Shown here in pieces: positions 54,601-62,717 of a DNA stretch of 64,000 nucleotides (positions are counted from its first letter, which is position 1; the number at the start of each line of letters is the position of its first letter). Origin of the DNA: Leptonemataceae bacterium (GTDB lineage: Bacteria; Spirochaetota; Leptospiria; Leptospirales; Leptonemataceae); the NCBI GenBank assembly GCA_965227295.1, contig OZ245742.1:2304001-2368000 (forward strand), read 5' to 3'. Made by a program: the position numbers and the translations under genes. Below the pieces are notes generated by a model that saw only the letters and a program-made list of their open reading frames with translations, ran no database searches and had not been told where the DNA came from.

Positions 54601-57600
54601 TCGCCGAAGACTATCACGGCGAAGGCGGCGTGGTAGACCAGGTGGCGGAGCTGGAGATCCAACAGCGAGTCGCATCCCAGAGACACGAATGGGACCTGCG
54701 CATGGAACAGTTCCGCAAGAAACGCCAGGAGTGGGGTGAAAACATTGCGCAGCTTACGAACGTGGGCGAGCAGAAGTGGAGCGACATGACCACCGAGATG
54801 GCCACGGCATGGAACGAGTGGCGGAAAGACTTCGACGCCGAAGCTAAGGCAGCGGAGGACCTGTACCTCGAACGTATTTCGGAAGCGATTGTAGACGAGC
54901 AAGAGTGGACGCAGGAATTCACGACGCTGGCGGCGCAAGGGACGGATGAGCAGACATTAAGAGAGCTGTACGAAGAAATCAACGCGATGGTGACAAACCT
55001 GAGAAGCGGACTACCGGCGGATATGCAGGTGGACATTAACGCGAACGAGATCCTGAACCGCGTGCTGGCGAACAAACCGGACACGCTGAATGAAAGCGTG
55101 GTGATGGCCGGGGAGTACGCGAACACGCAGATTTTCCTCAATGAACTGAAGGACCAGAACTTCGACAACAGCATCCAGGATCGTTATGATGATCTCAATG
55201 AACGTTACGGAGAAATGGCGCAGCGGCTCGTTAGACTGCAAAGCCTGGATAGTCTGTACGGATTGATTGACCTGTTCGATGAAACGATCGCAGAAGCGAA
55301 CGCCAGATTACAGTTGCAGATGGACCAGAAGATGGGCCAGACGAACTGGGTGAAGATGGGTGATTTGTATACGAAGCAGATCAAAACGGCACAGGCAGTG
55401 CTTACGGGACAGCCGAGCATTCCTGTATTTGCGCCGTCGTTCCACGATTACTTTTACTTAAAGCCGGACCTGCGCAGCGAGGCGGTGGTGAAGGATTCGG
55501 AAGGCAAAGAGTGGAACCTAACAGACACTGAGTCCATATTAGCGGACGGCGGACCGAACAGCGCGGAACTGGAAAGCATGGTGCGGCTTGTGCGCAACAA
55601 ACTGGAGAAGGAGTTCGAGCAAACCTACGATCCGGACGAGGAGGTGGACTACGAGGGCACCAGTGGGTTGGTGTTCATTAACTGGCAACAGGCGCTGGCC
55701 GATGCGAGTGCGGCGGCGATTAACCCCTCCACGTGCAACTTAGCCGAGTCCATGGATGAGTGCGCGCGGAACATTATGCAGTCCGGGTACACCGTGGGCC
55801 TCGTGGAAGGCGGGACGTTTGGACGGCACCACTTCGAGGAGTACTACCGCGCACTGACAATCCGCAATTTCTTCGACCAGATGGAAGCAGACGGTAGAGC
55901 CATGCGCGAGTCTACGGGCGGACGGATGGGGCGGGATTTCGGGACGAATTTGACGGCCTTGCACCGCGGTGCGGTGCGGAACATGAGTTCCGCTCTCGAT
56001 GTGCTGGAACGTAATTCGAAGTACGTCCAGATGCTTCAGGTTGCGAACAGGCAGTTACCGATTGCTCAGGCGCAAATCGGCGCGGCGCGGCGCGGACTGG
56101 ATCAATACGAAGACATGAACCAGCGTGTGCGAGTGGGCCTGAGCAAAGGCTGGCAGCGGAACGACGATGAGATCGATGCGGTGATTAAAGTCGGCGGCAC
56201 GATTGTGGCGGGTGTGCTGTATGCCGTCTCGTTCGTCTTTCCTCCGGCTGCAGCCATCGCCTCCGGTGTTCTTGCGGCAGTAGGTTCGTACTCCGGAGTG
56301 CGCGGTAGCTACGAAGGCGGCACGAAAGGCGCGCTGGCGGGAGCGGCGAGTGTGGTGCCGGCGATCGTTAGTAAAGGTGCGGTGAATACAAACTTAAGCT
56401 ACACGTTTCAGGAGGGCTGGAGTGTCGGTGTGGGCGCGGAGGTTTCGAAAGGCGTCGGCCTTGGTGTGAGCTATTCGGAACAAGCGGGTTGGGGTGGTAG
56501 CATCTCTCTCAGCGGCTCTCAGGGTGTCGGTCTTGATTTCAGCATTGGTGAGCAGGGTCGTTACGGTGTGGGCTTGAGTGTCGGCGGCTTATGGCAGACA
56601 GGGGATGCGAGTGGCGGTGCAGACCTGGGCTGGCGCGTTGGTTACAACACGGGGCCGGAAGGCGAAACCTATAGTGTCGGTCTGACGGGGTATGGCGGAG
56701 AGAAATACGGTCCGAATGGCAACGTCGGTATCGGTGTAACCTACAATCAGAATTTAGGTAACGGCTATTACATTAGTGGCGGAGCGAACGGCGGCGCCGG
56801 GTCCGGTTACTTCGGTGGAACGGCAAGCTGGAACTGGACGCGTTTCGGCGGCAGTTCGGCCACGTTCGGTCTGACGTATAAGCCGCCGCGGCCTGATGAT
56901 GACGGCAGTCCGATCGATACGCCGGAGGAGAAAACGGCGTTGGATATGTTTCTCGCCGCCGCACGGCGTGAGGCCGGTGAGGTCTGGGATGATGTCGGCG
57001 GCGGGCTTGGATGGCTGGGCGAGCAGGTGGCCGGCGGGTTTGGATGGTTGGGTGGTGCCGTTACTGGCGGTCTCGCGAGTGTGGCCGGAGCGCTGGGTTG
57101 GGAGAGTGGTGCGAATTGGATCCGAGGAAAGGGGTACTACGAGAACGCGTTGGTCGGAAATCTCGATTACTTCATGGATACTTCCGACGGGAGGCGAGTA
57201 TACTGGGATCCCGAGAAAGGGGCGTTCTTTACAGAGAATCCCAATGGCAATGGGCTGATCCTGAGCAACGCTCTTGGCGAACCTGAGTATCTTGCCGGGC
57301 CTGGTAGTGAGGTTATGTTTCAGCAAATCCAAAAAGATCCTGAACTAGGTCCCTATGTTCATTACTTAAGAGACCTCTCTCATGAGATTGCGGTTCAGCT
57401 TGGAATTGAACCACCGGAAATGCCCGACCCGAGGGACCCAAACTTTGCGCAGAAATTTGAGGAATGGAAAGATATATTCCGAGCGTGGAAGCATGCTACA
57501 GGTACATCGGATCTTGTTGGGATGACCGGAGGGCCTATAAGGCAGCCGCCAAAATTACTTGACGTTCTCAGAAAGCTTCACACGGCCGAAGGTTGGCGTG

Positions 57601-58256
57601 ATCTAAAGACTTATTTGAAAATCGCCTCAGGATTCGATGACACCAACGGGATGCGAGCACTCTTTGTTGGCTCCAAAGCTCCGAGTCTTCAAGACCTGGC
57701 AATGTTTGCGGCCATGAAAGATTGGAACGTCATTCATAGCGGCGGAACTAGAGTCACATTCGTTGACAGAGCCGGCAAGACTCAGTTGAATGTTCACACA
57801 CTTGCTTTCGAAGGTAAAGAACGAGCTTTTCATCATGTATATAATCGAGATGGAATTCGGGTCGACCCCGTGACAGGGGATGCTATACCCGTGGGAGATT
57901 TTACTGGCCTCAAGGGGGCAAGCCTGGATAAACTGATGCAACGCATTCCTTCTCCGCACGAAGTGCAGGACTGGAGAATTCGAAAATTAACTCCGGACAC
58001 TCACGGTGCCCTTGAGGGCTGGGAGTTTGTATGGCGTGAAAACGGTACAACAAAACGTTTGAGAATTCATTCGCCCGACGTTAAACGATCCGAGCATACG
58101 CATGCGGGTAGTGGTTGGACATTTAGATTGCAAGTAGGTAGACGCTATGTGGATAGCGACGGGCATATTCATGCAGCAGGAATCGGTAATGTGGATAGCC
58201 CGAACTACAATCCCGATGCAATAAATGAGACGCATATTCCGATTTACCTGGATTAA
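45624..58256 (+). CDS. giant (~4,210 aa) secreted polymorphic toxin with C-terminal Ntox30-type RNase
   Basis: Arg-rich extended signal (VFA-QT); acidic coiled-coil body; hydrophobic helices and Gly-rich beta region (~56180-56880); low-GC tip with RIH (58062) and THIP (58230). Confidence 0.85.
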   Translation: MNFRFAFPRSFLSLRRRYRRFARKSRLHRRSLSSFMSLLFLVQFVLAPTGVFAQTFDRLDEDVNKNRIGDYANAVEGADDEDDWNEFVGSGADLLRAEWEYRADLLLEQEVTAGAAREDLEAEKALAREAWEAELDDEIDQRRGRWRARTAAQSLDSLLDDIDYDELVAAVNDANALMFTDADDAATRVAAWDAIAGNRAALAKAAWESQLDAEMAALQSQGVALGAEEQAAFLSELERQRSLAESVYKSEESVFVTSARRKFVTEANAGDDLARALAQSTDPAEIARLLVQQTELEMERLGVLPGDVRFDGVDAQLILTGAGDYQDQVSQALEAGQSAWKSAIDELIARKIGFDEQVAASRQAGENQWATAYTTILDARETWLADVEAQIQRGLEAWDAAESGLAENRQLAEEELARLIESDRREFQEHNRGIGQLVSGASQTLETIVENQRWFQHKIADLQADIVRLNGESESFADGLAIGGTPEWTAWYNAHRTDHTNAEMQERQNRINVYTGELNYWNSLEAEYRQIITDAESVVHDQDMRDGGSGPGYFHDDGTEGDVLLLTATEFELKLARARLAVLEEERSRAKEVYDYALAATKLSAAEIETQLATAKDAYDLAETEYLTELSALNGGGSQSLTRVGLSDESSRAAGETTDLGPTLLDDVNTRAAELETEALELERARTALDNARQAYEQTVKLQVLIQNPQMLSDIGLLSTDPYEVNEDGENEGLRYEIFKAEKDLAEAREKMRQQEKAYVRLLYERETALRSTGFFNQTNERIILHEETKDRLAELSAIIGGGDALEDKLTALAAGTTLTDLYGNQAADALRDRITELADALANAAGPVTSETQNLNTGLGDFGPAHAVLDANFTGAERARLTQYADRVDGVLDALADISGLDWTGLGLPDMRALATSLRDHSTEPGTLAADYSTAFNDLQTELTAYQAYAAANAGAEASADYQARTAAVLIATDEYRLAAARYEQRYQLARSAQAQLETLLDRALTSGPILTDATLTGDARSAALATITAQKDEHTAVKAEALAAIESVDAGFEALVEAFTNHGERLGEYRTALGERNLAYREAGDFLTELHENLRGSLASQRSQLGFLLDENADEALLESMDAEHRRGLATAAAETNLRAIELLEGYLGVDRDVNVLLIEVTEDINHRLANYDATDAGQRRELTALRAVEQYVGRSANLLANLSEDERAELLAGLADERDFAIALRDFYVSDGVMDDAEQLAIRSGGNPEERRLLSAYFNPPAQMMFGEAAFGATAAESYLTSQHRRFAEQVRAGLIQSAITDRYHEEQENKITGLIQEMKTAVPALASLSASQLYNDSEPVDPSGLAHDTDAEDARRAILASLLSAAGSETGDRLTALYDIAQLETIYGPAIAVEVYTDLARVVDGYGSAGQELVRASQAIVDQAAEFDAEVDALLDAYDAKLSYEGQRDRVAAALALLEYEDPASGSTAAVGQADVDAHVANLDIPGGDDPAVDHPADWTPVDDTDGDSPGDAGWDPSYETEVFVQPYAGLDASELEQDRDDLNTALADWDNKRTELDTAIATYRAAKATFDAFVAANPGSEGTPAYEAEITTYAAAVNDMYFAYREHNNFFTALEFVAERSAASGATFFAAAQAIDASAVVTTEESAFLSAADVLLTERDDRAQTEFDFTQAAVDVGTARNRYTEAESALATETTEADDFIADLGDRVDVRISAVSTDAVSANELIDVLAELRRFFTEKQARGEEINPTIVNSLEAAGQVLDELAALKDYQARGASVSVEDARQERTDAQEESEQMQKFGEVLLELQQFIANTEAAGAGLHEQGAKIKELLAKYEKAKDDYGSVYTFSAEVEDAMTLLRDHAWAQHKRQLVDAYLAKRGQLSVDEFMEDVVEGRFFSQPVNPNQTEAPTVTFGGGVAPEAEEISGDFLGQTLDAAQLSEVRALLSEYAARARIDDAGIVADIDALLATEDAAVRAAIEDEALVTVFNNFNSANAVGVGNHAQLPDVLKNYGLVSAYESYAVLLQLDLDDADDRTLAMQRFLDTMTTENRAAAEPVLSEYLTNFDARNPSFYLPAELKARHAKERYFAMRYTDELSPGDVTALNDWLAAEKYDAGVSGAVGEAVRTAYILDNYYGESADDYLDSIDADLTALTGTGVNATERQAFVLGLTGLLSAAGDAYVEPEAMIAGEVVYDNFTFADNTQALKEALRNEQIAHTVELAAAERAAVRAGYFYDYKSGARTIRSFKSYVNIGLGGLAEPDEATQIAGQLAELEHQAEHRLGAFVGLVEQYSSFAYNPDPAYDNNLNIRDTIAEINTDFVLQDGQYAKNPDGSYVFEGGLNNTQVRLDEYVNANTAAFTAADRDAYAQVQKWEGQVDQLQETIVTAGQEAVIVSNALGTYGSDVGAITNALQGAREEFEQRERDFGEAEEEYENAEDNLRDARNAYRAQQELVLTNYNALKSAEEELDRLSGLHDQAVLEEYSQQTNEQGEVETIGDTLETVQARYEAADEAYQTQLEKIQALEEKLDRQVTKAELAAAAEVQTNRQETEDWAMHAMRFSRAESILEDKINDLHVQIDNLKGQMEYAGLGQHFDISRSRFVGKRQDLDGYLDYGSAAYIDSERMHRARYRHLEGFLRGEIGPWDLIYSSLGGIYAKPYLGVTINFTEASGGIYYTDVPGWSEGLRVNSGGRYDLYGFAQEYNQGKTGTNDILLNLVKDQFPTAWDGEAWAYARATTDAASFNNGMTALYNSDVAGQAVIYAAMGAAGLGFLFQLYAKDTAFKDQLDRAMDRLYGLPTTNLVQQGNELKNLYAELHRLTDIDSVEKLRDVLDDPEYGLTADDVALIQGSGTLDQLIWKGGKEDLSLDDVVGANGLPIAQDKAIHDEFGFYVRDGEFSAGNITANPTGTDKYGRRTALMVSADEFTDALAAMSQTQYEIEREEYFRAAETMTEDRVQADTVTILDEREEFYGTLMQQAASVGVQFEMYRALAEDYHGEGGVVDQVAELEIQQRVASQRHEWDLRMEQFRKKRQEWGENIAQLTNVGEQKWSDMTTEMATAWNEWRKDFDAEAKAAEDLYLERISEAIVDEQEWTQEFTTLAAQGTDEQTLRELYEEINAMVTNLRSGLPADMQVDINANEILNRVLANKPDTLNESVVMAGEYANTQIFLNELKDQNFDNSIQDRYDDLNERYGEMAQRLVRLQSLDSLYGLIDLFDETIAEANARLQLQMDQKMGQTNWVKMGDLYTKQIKTAQAVLTGQPSIPVFAPSFHDYFYLKPDLRSEAVVKDSEGKEWNLTDTESILADGGPNSAELESMVRLVRNKLEKEFEQTYDPDEEVDYEGTSGLVFINWQQALADASAAAINPSTCNLAESMDECARNIMQSGYTVGLVEGGTFGRHHFEEYYRALTIRNFFDQMEADGRAMRESTGGRMGRDFGTNLTALHRGAVRNMSSALDVLERNSKYVQMLQVANRQLPIAQAQIGAARRGLDQYEDMNQRVRVGLSKGWQRNDDEIDAVIKVGGTIVAGVLYAVSFVFPPAAAIASGVLAAVGSYSGVRGSYEGGTKGALAGAASVVPAIVSKGAVNTNLSYTFQEGWSVGVGAEVSKGVGLGVSYSEQAGWGGSISLSGSQGVGLDFSIGEQGRYGVGLSVGGLWQTGDASGGADLGWRVGYNTGPEGETYSVGLTGYGGEKYGPNGNVGIGVTYNQNLGNGYYISGGANGGAGSGYFGGTASWNWTRFGGSSATFGLTYKPPRPDDDGSPIDTPEEKTALDMFLAAARREAGEVWDDVGGGLGWLGEQVAGGFGWLGGAVTGGLASVAGALGWESGANWIRGKGYYENALVGNLDYFMDTSDGRRVYWDPEKGAFFTENPNGNGLILSNALGEPEYLAGPGSEVMFQQIQKDPELGPYVHYLRDLSHEIAVQLGIEPPEMPDPRDPNFAQKFEEWKDIFRAWKHATGTSDLVGMTGGPIRQPPKLLDVLRKLHTAEGWRDLKTYLKIASGFDDTNGMRALFVGSKAPSLQDLAMFAAMKDWNVIHSGGTRVTFVDRAGKTQLNVHTLAFEGKERAFHHVYNRDGIRVDPVTGDAIPVGDFTGLKGASLDKLMQRIPSPHEVQDWRIRKLTPDTHGALEGWEFVWRENGTTKRLRIHSPDVKRSEHTHAGSGWTFRLQVGRRYVDSDGHIHAAGIGNVDSPNYNPDAINETHIPIYLD

Positions 58257-58263
58257 TATCACC

Positions 58264-58716
58264 ATGCTTGACCTGGAAGGAATAAGAACTCGCTTCAAAT
58301 CAACTGATCGCGAAGTTCGCATCGCGCAGATTCATACCGTGGGAGATCATATCTACCCTCGCGGCGAACCACAGGAGATATATATTGATAACTTTGACGA
58401 AATTATCGATTTCCTAATTGGAGTGGTCGGTTACGAAAAGGATGAGGATGTCCGAGAGGAAGTTTTAACGGCGTTGTTCTATGCTTGCTCTTCCAGTACG
58501 CGAATTGAGAAGCATGACATATCCGCACTCCTTGAGGTCCTTTCCGACCTGAGTGACCAATCGCTGGAGTATGCCCTATCCTGCATTGGCTTTACGCATG
58601 ACCCTCAGCATTTGGAAACTCTAAGGCGGTTCCTGGATCATACGTCGCCAATCGTAATGGACGCTGCACACGAAGCTATTTTTGAGATCGAAAATAGAAA
58701 GAACCGGGAGCTGTAA
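58264..58716 (+). CDS. putative immunity protein, HEAT-like helical repeats
   Basis: 7 bp after the toxin stop; acidic, 150 aa; EDVREEVLTAL, ALSCIG, LDHTSPIVMDAAHEAI; low GC. Confidence 0.75.
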   Translation: MLDLEGIRTRFKSTDREVRIAQIHTVGDHIYPRGEPQEIYIDNFDEIIDFLIGVVGYEKDEDVREEVLTALFYACSSSTRIEKHDISALLEVLSDLSDQSLEYALSCIGFTHDPQHLETLRRFLDHTSPIVMDAAHEAIFEIENRKNREL

Positions 58717-58783
58717 TGCCGAAAACCTATCTCAGGTGACCTCCCGCCATTCATAACGATCATGACTCCCTCGCACGTGTCGC

Positions 58784-59066
58784 CGATTGTAGTTGCAAAC
58801 GTAGATTGCTCGTCGCATACTTGCGAAAATGTGCCCAACAGGCACACCGAAATGTCTGATGTAATGGAGACGTTTCGGATGAGATCAGAGGATCTTTAAC
58901 AGGCAAGCAGTGATAGTCTGAACGGACTGACTGCGGCGAGAAGAAACAGCAGAGGTTCGCCTCTGCCGAAACGATATGCTGAATTCCGCACACGTGTGCG
59001 GAATTCGCCGCTCCGTAAGCGCGGACCGTTCAGTTCTTTGCGGCTAATATCTGATTCACAAGCGTT
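58784..59066. repeat. 283-bp cassette-boundary repeat, copy A
   Basis: Collinear with 63443-63724; contains GCAGAGG-TTCG-CCTCTGC and a perfect 26-bp palindrome at 58981-59006. Confidence 0.92.
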
Positions 59067-62000
59067 GTGCTGGCGAACAAACCGGACACGCTGAATGAAA
59101 GCGTGGTGATGGCGGGAGAATACGCGAACACGCAGATTTTCCTCAATGAACTGAAGGACCAGAACTTCGACAACAGCATCCAGGATCGTTATGATGATCT
59201 CAACGAACGTTACGGGGAAATGGCGCAACGACTCGTTAGACTGCAAAGCCTGGATAGTCTGTACGGATTGATTGACCTGTTCGATGAAACGATCGCAGAA
59301 GCGAACGCCAGATTACAGTTGCAGATGGACCAGAAGATGGGCCAGACGAACTGGGTGAAGATGGGTGATTTGTATACGAAGCAGATCAAAACGGCACAGG
59401 CAGTGCTTACGGGACAGCCGAGCATTCCCGTGTTTGCACCGTCGTTCCACGATTACTTTTACTTGAAGCCGGACCTCCGCAGTGAAGCGGTGGTGAAAGA
59501 CTCGGAAGGCAAAGAGTGGAACCTAACAGACACTGAGTCCATATTAGCAGACGGCGGACCGAGCAGCGCGGAACTGGAAAGTATGGTGCGGCTGGTGCGC
59601 AACAAGCTGGAGAAAGAGTTCGAAGCGACATACGATCCGGATGAGGAAGTGGACTACGAAGGAACGAGTGGGCTGGTGTTTATTAACTGGCAACAGGCCC
59701 TTGCGGATGCCAGCGCGGCCGCGATTAACCCATCCACCTGTAACTTAGCAGAAAGCATGGATGAATGCGCCCGGAACATTATGCAGTCCGGGTATACCGT
59801 GGGCCTTGTGGAAGGCGGGACGTTTGGACGGCACCACTTCGAGGAGTACTACCGCGCACTGACAATCCGCAATTTCTTCGACCAGATGGAAGCAGACGGT
59901 AGAGCTATGCGTGAAAGTACCGGCGGTCGCATGGGGCGGGACTTCGGGACGAATTTGACGGCCATACACCGCGGTACGGTGCGAAACATGGACTGGGCGT
60001 TGAATACTCTGGAACGTAATTCGAAGTACGTCCAGATGCTTCAGGTTGCGAACAGGCAGTTACCGATTACTCAGGCGCAAATCGGCGCGGCGCGGCGCGG
60101 GCTGGATCAATACGAAGACATGAACCAGCGCGTGCGGGTGGGACTGAGCAAAGGCTGGCAGCGGAACGACGATGAGATAGATGCGGTGATTAAAGTGGGC
60201 GGCACGATTGTGGCGGGTGTGCTGTATGCCGTCTCGTTCGTCTTTCCTCCGGCGGCAGCCGTCGCTTCCGGAATCTTAGCAGCAGTAGGTTCGTACTCCG
60301 GAGTGCGTGGAAGTTATGAAGGCGGCACAAAGGGCGCGCTGGCGGGAGCGGCGAGTGTGGTGCCGGCGATCGTTACCAAAGGTGCGGTGAATACAAACTT
60401 AAGCTACACGTTTCAGGAGGGCTGGAGCGCCGGTGTGGGCGCGCAGGTGACAAAGGGCATTGCCGCCGGTGTGAATTACTCCGAACAGGCCGGTTGGGGC
60501 GGCAATGTTAGCATCGGCCTCGGCGATTCACCGTTCGCTCTTGATTTGAGCGTGGGTGAATACGGCCGGTACGGCGCGGGGCTGACGTATAACTTTATTC
60601 AGTCGCCGAATGACGTCAGTAATCAACTGACCAGCGGCTTACGCGTGGGTTTTAATCAGGGGCCGGAAGGTAATACGTATAGCCTGGGGCTGAATGCTTC
60701 ACTGGTGGATACCGTGAACAGCACGAGTGGGAGCCTGGGTCTGGGGCTGACTTACAACAAGAACTTCGGAACCGGCTTTTATGTGAGCGGCGGGGCCGGC
60801 GGCGGTACGCATAGCGGCGGTCTCGGTACAACAGCGCAGTATAACTGGAGCAGATTCGGGGAGGACTCGACGACATTCGGTCTGACGTACAGCAAGCCGC
60901 GGGATTGGGATGGTTCTGACGGTCCGAATACTCCTGCGCAGAAGAATCTGCTCGACCTGTTTTTGGCGTCCGGCACAGGGCGGACGATGCGGGAGTTCTT
61001 TGGGGATGTCAGCCGGATGGGTATGACCGACGCGGAGAAAGAACAGGAGTATCAACAGTACCTTGCGGCGAAAGAGAAGGCGGAGTTCAACCGATTGCTG
61101 AGTCTGGAGGGTTTCTCCAGCATTGGAGATGCCGCGTTGATGGGCGTCGCCATTCTTCGTAACAACGACTTTGAGCCGGATTCCAAGCAAGGGAATCATG
61201 AACAATACGAAGAGATGGTGGATCGCCTGGAGCAGCGGAAGCTGGAGAAGGGCGATGAGCTATCGAAACTCGACGTCGCCGCTGTTGCGCAAGAGATGGC
61301 CGGGGAGGCCGAACTCAGCATCAATTGGATCGATACGCACGAGCGAGCTGTTGCTATTAAGCAGCAGGATATTCGGGAAGAGAGGTTGGCGAATGCGCCT
61401 GCGGATTCTTCCGAGGAAGGTGTTGCTTTCTACGGAGAAGGGGGCAGTGGATCCTGGCCATCACCTCAGCCAACCATTGTCGGTCCCGGTTATCACATTC
61501 CCGGGCCCGATATTAGCTTTCCTGATTTATGGGATAATCCGAATACGAAAGATGATAACTCAAACCCGTGGCAGTTGGATTGGAATCTTGACCGTTCGAA
61601 CGAAATTCCGGATTGGGGGGACTATGGAGCTACGGGAGAATGGGAAGGATACGATGGGGGCGGGGGCCGCTTTGGTGGTCACGGAGCTTCTTATGGAGTT
61701 GAAGATAAGGAATGGGATGTAGTATTCTTCCAGACTAACGTTACCTTCGGTATTGGCGTTGGCGGCTCAGCCGGATGGGGCGGGGCAATTGACCTCGGAA
61801 ATTTGAATTATGCCTTTGGGACACCAGCAGGTATCTATTATGGTTTGGATGACGGCCTTTCCGGAACAATCGGTATGTCTAATGTGCAAAACCCAAGAAG
61901 TCTCTTTACTAATGCCACAACCGATACTTCAATGGTTTTTCTAGTCGGTGGTAACCATAAGGTCATCCATGAGACCCATGATCCCAATACTGCGAGGCAT

Positions 62001-62123
62001 GCCTTAGGCGTTGTCATTGGCGCCAGAGTTGCCGCAACAACAACGCCAGGGTTTCAGACAGTCGATCCATGGAGCGCCTATCTAAAATGGAGGGAGGATT
62101 TGCGTCAATCAATGATGCAGTAA
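59067..62123 (+). CDS. orphan (5'-truncated) toxin module with alternative C-terminal tip
   Basis: Near-identical to 55062-~56440 at offset 4005, diverged homology to ~60968, then unrelated; no signal peptide or clear RBS. Confidence 0.85.
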   Translation: MLANKPDTLNESVVMAGEYANTQIFLNELKDQNFDNSIQDRYDDLNERYGEMAQRLVRLQSLDSLYGLIDLFDETIAEANARLQLQMDQKMGQTNWVKMGDLYTKQIKTAQAVLTGQPSIPVFAPSFHDYFYLKPDLRSEAVVKDSEGKEWNLTDTESILADGGPSSAELESMVRLVRNKLEKEFEATYDPDEEVDYEGTSGLVFINWQQALADASAAAINPSTCNLAESMDECARNIMQSGYTVGLVEGGTFGRHHFEEYYRALTIRNFFDQMEADGRAMRESTGGRMGRDFGTNLTAIHRGTVRNMDWALNTLERNSKYVQMLQVANRQLPITQAQIGAARRGLDQYEDMNQRVRVGLSKGWQRNDDEIDAVIKVGGTIVAGVLYAVSFVFPPAAAVASGILAAVGSYSGVRGSYEGGTKGALAGAASVVPAIVTKGAVNTNLSYTFQEGWSAGVGAQVTKGIAAGVNYSEQAGWGGNVSIGLGDSPFALDLSVGEYGRYGAGLTYNFIQSPNDVSNQLTSGLRVGFNQGPEGNTYSLGLNASLVDTVNSTSGSLGLGLTYNKNFGTGFYVSGGAGGGTHSGGLGTTAQYNWSRFGEDSTTFGLTYSKPRDWDGSDGPNTPAQKNLLDLFLASGTGRTMREFFGDVSRMGMTDAEKEQEYQQYLAAKEKAEFNRLLSLEGFSSIGDAALMGVAILRNNDFEPDSKQGNHEQYEEMVDRLEQRKLEKGDELSKLDVAAVAQEMAGEAELSINWIDTHERAVAIKQQDIREERLANAPADSSEEGVAFYGEGGSGSWPSPQPTIVGPGYHIPGPDISFPDLWDNPNTKDDNSNPWQLDWNLDRSNEIPDWGDYGATGEWEGYDGGGGRFGGHGASYGVEDKEWDVVFFQTNVTFGIGVGGSAGWGGAIDLGNLNYAFGTPAGIYYGLDDGLSGTIGMSNVQNPRSLFTNATTDTSMVFLVGGNHKVIHETHDPNTARHALGVVIGARVAATTTPGFQTVDPWSAYLKWREDLRQSMMQ

Positions 62124-62130
62124 GAGAAAG

Positions 62131-62439
62131 ATGGTACAAATCTTGGCGCTAATATTCGTAGCTTTGGTGATTGCCATTCTTGGTGTGTCGACGTATTGGT
62201 TTCACCATTATTCAAAGCTGGTGCGAGAGCATATGCGCGAGAATGGGTATGAAATGGAAGGGTACATTTCTATCGGTTACCCCTGGCTCTATTTGCAATA
62301 TAGCATGTATCTTGAAGAAAATAATAAGAAGCTCCCCACGGAGCTATATCGGTGCCTTTGGATCCCATTCGTCGGTGTCGTCCTCTGTATGCTATTCACG
62401 TTTGGTTTCATACATCTGGTAACGACTGTCTTTCGTTAA
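62131..62439 (+). CDS. putative membrane immunity protein of the orphan tip
   Basis: 7 bp after the orphan stop; 102 aa with two terminal TM helices; low GC. Confidence 0.7.
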   Translation: MVQILALIFVALVIAILGVSTYWFHHYSKLVREHMRENGYEMEGYISIGYPWLYLQYSMYLEENNKKLPTELYRCLWIPFVGVVLCMLFTFGFIHLVTTVFR

Positions 62440-62463
62440 TTCCTCAGTGGGAGTGATGTTCGT

Positions 62464-62706
62464 ATGAACGAAGAGAATATTGACTTTTATGCTAATCAGA
62501 TTGCGGTAAATATGAATCCGCTTGAAGTAGAGATTGATGCAAAGATTATCAGATCAGATGGCAATGAGGGGGGCCGGCTATTCTTGCGATTGCCGCCAGC
62601 GCTGGCACTAGGATTAGTTCATGGTCTCTCTGCTCAGCTTGATGCATTCCAGGAGCAATTTGGTGAGATTAAACTCCCGGAAGGCTTAGTTCAGAGAAAA
62701 AAATGA
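62464..62706 (+). CDS. DUF3467-like small protein
   Basis: FYAN...EID...LPPALA...FQEQFGEI pattern; GGGAG upstream. Confidence 0.65.
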   Translation: MNEENIDFYANQIAVNMNPLEVEIDAKIIRSDGNEGGRLFLRLPPALALGLVHGLSAQLDAFQEQFGEIKLPEGLVQRKK

Positions 62707-62717
62707 CGGTTCTGAGG

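Noticed and set aside
56960..57700. HINT/intein or RHS-type autocleavage site before the toxin tip
   Set aside because: No CF...HN intein motifs and no DPxG RHS core end found in either copy.
58751..59070. Integron attC site (CATAAC...GTTGTGC)
   Set aside because: About 320 bp is far longer than typical attC sites, the left box is absent from copy B, and there is no integrase in the window; kept only as a check under the repeat finding.
55062..60440. Diversity-generating retroelement TR/VR pair
   Set aside because: The repeat is ~1.37 kb and the differences are mostly synonymous rather than adenine-specific; the nearby retroelement is a group II intron.
61655..61695. GGGGRFGGHGAS as the displaced Gly-rich tail of the nearby TPM protein
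   Set aside because: Opposite strand and embedded in the toxin frame; low-complexity similarity is probably coincidental.
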